NCBI GenBank assembly: GCA_027491165.1
Contig: JAIXWS010000089.1
Coordinates: 1,071-65,070, forward strand
Source: Sphingobacteriales bacterium
GTDB lineage: Bacteria > Bacteroidota > Bacteroidia > Chitinophagales > Chitinophagaceae
Length of the DNA stretch: 64,000 nt
Reading direction: 5' to 3'
Shown piece after piece: positions 57,915-64,000 of this stretch. The position numbers and the translations under genes were made by a program. Within the stretch, counting starts at the first letter, position 1. Each line of letters opens with the position of its first letter. Below the pieces are notes generated by a model, which ran no database searches, was not told where the DNA came from, and worked only from the letters and a program-made list of their open reading frames with translations.

Positions 57915-58578
57915 TCTGCTTTTTGTTTTGAGCACTTTTTCTCTTGCGGCACAAGACCGCAAAGAGGACAGTCTTTTGGTCGACAAGAAGGATTCAGGAC
58001 ATTTGTTGCGTTTTAGTTTTGATGCTAGTAAGTTATTGTTGAATCAATTGGTTGATCAACGATCAGTCTACGAATTTGGAGTAGATTATTATGTCAAAGG
58101 AGCCATTTATGCCGTTGCTGAAACGGGTTTTGGTCGTTCCAATATTGATTATCCCGACCTGAAATATACCACCACAAACACTTTTTTTAGAGGAGGCATT
58201 GACAAGTCTTTATTCCCTAGAAAGAAGCCACAGGATTGGGGGATGGGTTTTTTTGGTTTGCGATATGGAGTCGGTTTTATTCAACGAAAAGAAGCAAGCT
58301 ATAGCACAAACGATGGCTTGGGAACTATCATTATGGGAACAGTCCCTTCCGCCACTTTTTCAGCTCATTGGATAGAACTTACCGGCGGAATGAAGCTAGA
58401 ATTGTTTCATGGTTTTTTTGCTGGATGGACTGTTCGGGCAAAGTTTTTGCTCAATCAAAAATCCTTTGGAGATCTAAAACCAGCTTATATTGCAGGTTAT
58501 GGTGCTGGTGAAAAGGCCACAGCATTCGATTATAATTTTTTCCTTTCTTACGCACTTCGGTGGTCTGCCCAAAAGTAG
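57889..58578 (+). CDS. outer-membrane beta-barrel protein (hypothetical)
   Basis: Signal peptide FVLSTFSLAAQ. Amphipathic strands. Overlaps the upstream lipoprotein gene by 26 nt, suggesting a translationally coupled pair. Confidence 0.6.
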   Translation: MKMSKFIFNLLFVLSTFSLAAQDRKEDSLLVDKKDSGHLLRFSFDASKLLLNQLVDQRSVYEFGVDYYVKGAIYAVAETGFGRSNIDYPDLKYTTTNTFFRGGIDKSLFPRKKPQDWGMGFFGLRYGVGFIQRKEASYSTNDGLGTIIMGTVPSATFSAHWIELTGGMKLELFHGFFAGWTVRAKFLLNQKSFGDLKPAYIAGYGAGEKATAFDYNFFLSYALRWSAQK

Positions 58579-58612
58579 TCTTTTTGGATGCGTGCATTTT
58601 CTTTGTTCTATC

Positions 58613-59614
58613 ATGAAAATACTCATTATTCGTTTTTCCTCAATTGGTGATATTGTGTTGACTACGCCCATTGTGCGTTGCATCAAACAGCAAAAGCCTG
58701 ATGTTGAAATTCATTATTTGACCAAGAAAGTCTTTGCACCTATTCTTGCTGCTAATCCCTATATTCATCAAGTTCATGAATTGGGTGATCATTTGCAGGA
58801 ATGCATCCAAAATTTAAAAACAGTAGGCTTTGACATAGTGATTGATTTGCACAAAAACCTGCGTACAGCAAGGGTTAAAAAGGCATTGCGCACAGAGTCT
58901 TTTGTATTCGACAAATTGAATGTTCAGAAATGGTTTTATGTCAATTTAAAAATCAATTTGATGCCCGATAAAAGTATTGTTGAGCGCTATTTTGATGCTA
59001 TTAAATCTCTAGGGGTACGTAATGATGGGCAAGGTTTGGATTATTTTATACCCGATACAGACAAAACGGAACACAAAGACATTCCTATGAGTCATTGGGC
59101 TGGTTATGTTGGCTTTGTAATTGGTGGTTCATTTGCGACCAAAAAATTACCCATTGAAAAGTGGCAGGAAATCGTTGCTTTTTGCCCAATTCCCATCATT
59201 TTACTTGGGGGGCCAGAAGATAGAGCCGATGCTGAGATGATTGCCCAAATCGACCCCGTTAAAATTTATAATTCTTGCGGGAAATTTTCAATTAATGAGT
59301 CTGCCGATTTGGTAAAAAAAGCCAAGATCATCATTACCAATGATACCGGATTGATGCATGTGGCTGCAGCATTCGAAAAACCCATCATTGCACTTTGGGG
59401 AAACACGACGCCTCAGTTGGGTATGTTTCCTTATTATGGTTATAATAATTTAAAAAACACTATATCACCTGAATTATTACACATTGAAAATAAACAATTG
59501 TCTTGTAGGCCTTGTAGTAAAATTGGATTTGACACTTGCCCTAAAAAACATTTTAAGTGTATGAACAATCTAGATTTGAGCGGAATAGATATTTTTATTA
59601 GAAAATATATCTGA
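58613..59614 (+). CDS. glycosyltransferase family 9 (heptosyltransferase-like)
   Basis: MKILIIRFSSIGDIVLTTPIVRCIK N-terminus. NDTGLMHVAAA motif. The ATG at 58613 is preferred over the ORF extension from 58490. Confidence 0.85.
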   Translation: MKILIIRFSSIGDIVLTTPIVRCIKQQKPDVEIHYLTKKVFAPILAANPYIHQVHELGDHLQECIQNLKTVGFDIVIDLHKNLRTARVKKALRTESFVFDKLNVQKWFYVNLKINLMPDKSIVERYFDAIKSLGVRNDGQGLDYFIPDTDKTEHKDIPMSHWAGYVGFVIGGSFATKKLPIEKWQEIVAFCPIPIILLGGPEDRADAEMIAQIDPVKIYNSCGKFSINESADLVKKAKIIITNDTGLMHVAAAFEKPIIALWGNTTPQLGMFPYYGYNNLKNTISPELLHIENKQLSCRPCSKIGFDTCPKKHFKCMNNLDLSGIDIFIRKYI

Positions 59615-59742
59615 TTCTCCAACCAAACAAATTCAATTTACGTCTTCTAAGTGCCTGAAATGTTAATTTCTGTTGAAATTTTTTTAGGAACAAATTTGCA
59701 TATTCGAGCCAAATACAATAAATTTGTTAGCATTTGAAAAAT

Positions 59743-62700
59743 ATGAGCACAATGAAAAAATTATCCTCAAGCCTATTACTGATATTTACGCTTGTTTTTG
59801 TATTGTTTTCGGCAACCAATGTCCAAGCCAACAGAGCGGCAGCAGGCGAAATTGCCTACAAGTGGGTTAGTGATTCAACCTACTTACTTACCTACACTTT
59901 TTACAAAGATTGTGCTGGTCCAACTGCAGAGCCCTCAACGATTAATGTTTGTTATTTCAACACCTGTAATATTGATAGAGGAAACGTTACTTTGAATAAA
60001 AAAACGCCTCTTGGAAGTAATGGTTTACCAGTACAAGATGTATGTTCGGGTACATCCTCAACAACATGCTCTTCACCTGCAGGAACCTTAAGGGGATATC
60101 GTAAATGGGTGTATGAAGGAACGGTTACTTTGCCCTCCAAGTGCGGTTCTTGGCGTTTTGTAGTGTCTATTGGTTTACGTAATGGTGCGATTACCAATTA
60201 TACCGTTCCTGGTGCTGCAAACAATTTGTATACAGAAGCAACGCTGAATAATATTGACGCTCCTACAAGTTCTTCTCCGACTTTTGCTTTGGATCCCATT
60301 CAATACATGTGTAGCGGAGTAAAGCAACATTTTTCATATTCAGGTGTAGATGCGGATGGCGATGTGCTTACCTACTCACTAATAGATCCTGCTAGTGCCG
60401 CTGATAACCAAACCACTTGTACTTTTCCTCCTACTCCAGCTAGTTATGTTTTTGCAGGCGGAGCTCTTAGTGGTACTTCACTTGCTACAAACCCTTTTGC
60501 TACTGGCGGTTCTTTTAATTTAAACAGTACCAATGGCCTTATGTCCTTTACACCAACAGCGGCACAAGTGCCTCAATTGGCATTATTGGTAACGAAGCGT
60601 CGTGGTTCAAAAGTTGTAGGTAGCGTTATTCGCGACATGCAATTTGTTGTAAGTACAGGCTGTACTCCTTCTGGCACTGCTTTTGCGATTAACTTCCCTG
60701 GTTCTACGGGTGTATTGAATGCAGCCGCTCTCACTCCTGGTCCTGCTGGTGTGCCTACTGTAGGCGCTGTTGTTTGTCCTCATTCTCCTCATACCATTCG
60801 TTTCAGTATTACTGCAAATCCTGGTGTTACGATTAATAACGTTACCGACAACAGTTCTACTTTCGCACCAACAGCATCTACCTCTACCATGTCTCCTTAT
60901 GTTGGTTTGGGAACAAGAACGGTTACCGCAAGTTTTAATTGGACTCCAAACCAAACAGATGAAGGTCAACAATACATTGTTGTGAGAAGTGAAGTATGTA
61001 GTCCAGGTTCACCGATTGTATATCGCGTAGACTCTATACCTATATATGTATCCCTTACTGTGAAGATTTTCCCTAAGGATACCATGATGTGTTTTGGTGA
61101 ATTCACTACTCTTTGTGTTCGTCCTTCTCAGTTTCCAGGTATTACTACCGATTGGGCTATCACAGTGCCGGGTTCCGGTTTGCCAACAGGTGGGACATTA
61201 GGTATTTCTAGCCCTACTGATTCATGCACTGATGTTGCTCCTTCTTCTACTACTACATATTTGGTTACCACCAATCATCCTTCTTTTTGTAATAGAATAG
61301 AACCCGGAAAAACAGCCTTGACGACTAACCAAGACGAAATCAAAATTGTTGTGGTTAATCCTAAAATTGACGTTGGACCGGATACAGTAATGTGTAGCTA
61401 CTCTCAATTACAATTGAATTCCAATTTATTGAATCCTCAGCCCGAGCTTACCTACAAATATCAGTGGGGTCCTAACCCGGGTTCAGTAAACCCAGGACCA
61501 ATCGCGTTCTTGTCAGATCCTAATATTCCTAACCCGATATTGCGTTTCCCTGCAGGTACTCCTCTGTCGAGTATCCCCGATACGATTGAATATATAATGA
61601 AGTTGACTCCTTTCCCCGACACTACTTGTTTGCGGTTTGACACGATAAAGATATTTGTGCTCAAAGGCTTTTATCTACTGACGGGTGATACACTGGCAAG
61701 TAATACGGGCCTGGGTCATTTAGGAAGACAAAAAGGCGTGAGCGATACGGCCATTTGTAATGGACAAACGATTACTTTATTAGGTTTGGGTGATCAAAGA
61801 TATAATTATATATGGACGCCCGCTACCGGAGTATCTACACCCAACGGTTTCTTGTCGGGTATGACGATTACACCAACGGGTACGACTACCTATGCGCTTA
61901 CTGCATCGAGATCAGGTTGTAGAGATAGTACTAAATTGCTTACTATTTTAGTTGAGCCTACTCCAGTTGCAGATATTGGTGCAGATCAGTCTATTTGTTT
62001 TGGAGATACACTTAATTTATTTGCAAACATCACACCAGACCCTACCGTATTTACGCAATACAAGTATAAATGGTCTCCAGGTGGTGCCTTATCTCGCGCC
62101 GATACCTTCTTCTGTTATTTTACAGGATACTTGACACAGCAAATCAAATTTACGGTAACGACGCCGGCTGGTTGTACAGGAGTAGATAGTGCTGTTTATA
62201 CGGTTCAACCAAGAGCATTCTTAACGAAAGGAAACGATACCGCAATCTGTCCTGGAGATGTGGCTAAATTGAGTGTTGCAGGTGATGATAAATTGGTTGG
62301 TGTAACTTGGAAACCTGCTTCTACCATTGATTCTATTCACTCCCTTACACCGATTGTTACGCCAAACCATAGCACAAGCTATGTAGTAGTGGGTACAGAT
62401 AGTAATAGTTGTATTGATTCCGCGGTAGTGAATGTCACTGTTTATCCTCGTGCACTTATCTATTTACCTGATAGTGCTACCATTTATCCTGGTGATGTTT
62501 ATTCCTTAGATCCTCAAGGTAATAGTCTATATTACACATGGTTCCCTCCAATAGGCTTAGATTTCCCAAGTATTGCGAATCCAAAAGCCTCACCAAAACT
62601 AAATACAACGTATTATGTAACAGGTGTTACAGATGCTGGTTGTGTTGCAGAAGACTCGATTCATATATTTGTGTCTCCCGATTCACAAATTGACGTTCCT

Positions 62701-62955
62701 AATGCATTTGTTCCTGGTCGTGGTGATAATAACAAATTCAAACCTGTTCACTTGGGTACAGCAACATTAAAATCCTTTACTGTTTACAACCGTTGGGGTG
62801 TGAAAATGTTTGAAACGACCAATATTGAAGAAGGTTGGGATGGTAACCATATCGGCCAACCACAACCATTAGGTGTTTATGTGTATGTCTTAGAAGCCGT
62901 TACTGCTAGTGGAAAAGTAATTTCCAAACAAGGTAATGTAACGCTAGTAAGATAA
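59743..62955 (+). CDS. large cell-surface protein with a T9SS type-B (gliding-motility-associated) C-terminal domain
   Basis: Signal peptide. Cys-rich N-domain. At least five ~75-aa two-Cys Ig-like modules (D..IC.G....L...G...Y.W.P). C-terminal VPNAFVPGRGDNNKFKP...YNRWGVKMFE...GWDG...GVYVY. The ORF is open from the TTG at 59734. Confidence 0.85.
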   Translation: MSTMKKLSSSLLLIFTLVFVLFSATNVQANRAAAGEIAYKWVSDSTYLLTYTFYKDCAGPTAEPSTINVCYFNTCNIDRGNVTLNKKTPLGSNGLPVQDVCSGTSSTTCSSPAGTLRGYRKWVYEGTVTLPSKCGSWRFVVSIGLRNGAITNYTVPGAANNLYTEATLNNIDAPTSSSPTFALDPIQYMCSGVKQHFSYSGVDADGDVLTYSLIDPASAADNQTTCTFPPTPASYVFAGGALSGTSLATNPFATGGSFNLNSTNGLMSFTPTAAQVPQLALLVTKRRGSKVVGSVIRDMQFVVSTGCTPSGTAFAINFPGSTGVLNAAALTPGPAGVPTVGAVVCPHSPHTIRFSITANPGVTINNVTDNSSTFAPTASTSTMSPYVGLGTRTVTASFNWTPNQTDEGQQYIVVRSEVCSPGSPIVYRVDSIPIYVSLTVKIFPKDTMMCFGEFTTLCVRPSQFPGITTDWAITVPGSGLPTGGTLGISSPTDSCTDVAPSSTTTYLVTTNHPSFCNRIEPGKTALTTNQDEIKIVVVNPKIDVGPDTVMCSYSQLQLNSNLLNPQPELTYKYQWGPNPGSVNPGPIAFLSDPNIPNPILRFPAGTPLSSIPDTIEYIMKLTPFPDTTCLRFDTIKIFVLKGFYLLTGDTLASNTGLGHLGRQKGVSDTAICNGQTITLLGLGDQRYNYIWTPATGVSTPNGFLSGMTITPTGTTTYALTASRSGCRDSTKLLTILVEPTPVADIGADQSICFGDTLNLFANITPDPTVFTQYKYKWSPGGALSRADTFFCYFTGYLTQQIKFTVTTPAGCTGVDSAVYTVQPRAFLTKGNDTAICPGDVAKLSVAGDDKLVGVTWKPASTIDSIHSLTPIVTPNHSTSYVVVGTDSNSCIDSAVVNVTVYPRALIYLPDSATIYPGDVYSLDPQGNSLYYTWFPPIGLDFPSIANPKASPKLNTTYYVTGVTDAGCVAEDSIHIFVSPDSQIDVPNAFVPGRGDNNKFKPVHLGTATLKSFTVYNRWGVKMFETTNIEEGWDGNHIGQPQPLGVYVYVLEAVTASGKVISKQGNVTLVR

Positions 62956-62970
62956 TATTATTAGATTGCC

Positions 62971-63030
62971 GAAAAATGAGCACAATGAATAAGGTATCGA
63001 TTACACATTTTTTATTAAATTTTTTACAGC
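62971..63030 (+). repeat. vestigial copy of the adhesin gene 5' end (degenerate signal-peptide start)
   Basis: gaaaaatgagcacaatgaa (62971-89) matches gaaaaatatgagcacaatgaa at 59736-56. It opens only a 19-codon ORF, MSTMNKVSITHFLLNFLQQ*. Confidence 0.6.
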
Positions 63031-63170
63031 AATAGATCAAGCAATACTGTTCAAGCTTACTGTAGCTGCCACAGTTATAGGCAAGATTTTACATGATGAA
63101 TACAGCATATAAAGACAAATTAGTTAAACATTACCTCAAAATTTTTAAACTATAAATTATCCTTTAGTTA

Positions 63171-64000
63171 TGAATACTTTTATCAAACAATTCAAAAGTT
63201 TTGTTTTAATAGTACTTCTTGTATTATTATCCAAAGAGACCTCTGCCTCCCACTATGCAGCTGCAGATATCCATGTGGATTATATAGGTACAGGCCCTAC
63301 GGACTATACGTACAAAATTACCTTGAATCTATACAAAGCTTGTGAATGGGGTAATGCTAGCTTGCCTACTACTACTACCTTAAACTGGAGCTCAAGTTGT
63401 TTTCCAGGAGGAAGTACTACCATGACAACGCCTGTAATTGATACTTTAGATCAGTTGTGTGATACTTTTAAATCTCAAAACTCATGTAGGGTTGCTACTT
63501 CAACATTCTTTCCGGCATTTGTGCGTCATACCTTTGTGAGAACAGTTACTTTGCCTGGCCCTTGTATTGATTGGGTTTTTAGCTGGTGTGAATGCTGTAG
63601 AAATGCAGGCATTAGAAACTTAACAGGCCCTGGTGGTGTTGGTTTGTATGTAGATGCCATGATTAACAATAGCAAGAAAGCGAATGTAAATACACCTCGT
63701 TATGCCATAGATCCTATTCCTTATTTTTGCCAAAATGTAACGGCTTTTTTCCCCAATGGTCCTAACGATCCAGATTTGGATAGTATGGTTTCTTTGAATC
63801 AACAACCTAGAGATTGTCCTGCAACGGTTATTGGTTATGCAGCTCCTCATTCTTTGATTAATCCTATTGCTTCGGATATTACAGTTCCTTACACTGTTGA
63901 TGCGAATACTGGTACCTCTGTATTTAAGCCTACTCTAACTGGTAAATTTGTTTTAGCATTCAAAACAATTGACTACGACCGTACGACGGGTGAGTTGATG
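63171..64000 (+). CDS. paralogous Cys-rich surface protein, 5' partial (runs off the right edge)
   Basis: The ATG at 63171 is open for 276 codons to the window end. Signal peptide. HYAAADIHVDYIG..YTYKITLNLYKAC parallels AAGEIAYKWVS..YLLTYTFYKDC of the upstream gene. IDPIPYFC parallels LDPIQYMC. Confidence 0.8.

Overview
A 64 kb chromosomal segment that looks like Bacteroidota. The evidence for that assignment is AT-rich DNA, TAnnTTTG -7 promoter boxes, type III glutamine synthetase, T9SS type-A and type-B C-terminal sorting domains, and the gene order tRNA-Thr/Tyr/Gly/Thr-tuf-tRNA-Trp-secE-nusG. Most of the window is housekeeping: dnaG, a DEAD-box helicase, GSIII, gap, pyrC, yidC, tuf, secE, nusG, rpmH-rnpA-yidD, purH, a SurA-like PPIase, hemH, hemJ, tcdA, dnaB and pheT. 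I saw no transposase, integrase, CRISPR array, rRNA or recognisable defence genes. The points most worth follow-up are listed below.

1. A minus-strand cobalamin riboswitch (about 36468-36648) drives a 4-gene operon. The operon runs DUF4465-like T9SS protein, second T9SS protein, lipoprotein beta-propeller, then a BtuB-like TonB-dependent receptor.
2. A 1088-aa fusion joins an M1 zinc peptidase (HEIGH-X18-E) to an Omp85-type beta-barrel.
3. The dnaB/pheT divergent intergenic region holds TCCACA-core (DnaA-box-like) motifs phased at 20-21 bp. It lies next to AT-rich tracts and at a local switch in gene orientation, so it is a candidate oriC or regulatory array.
4. The conserved N-terminus of rnpA has no canonical start codon.
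5. A 35-nt duplicate of the tRNA-Thr(GGT) 3' half lies 47 nt after the gene.
6. A 736-aa secreted protein has a C-terminal His/Cys dyad-like module.
7. An ECF sigma factor is paired with a membrane-anchored trypsin-like protease.
8. Several housekeeping proteins carry unusual tails: an SSB-like acidic tip on DnaB, an RGG tail on the helicase, and a Lys-rich extension on the HemD-like protein.

All family names come from reading motifs by eye. No database search was run.
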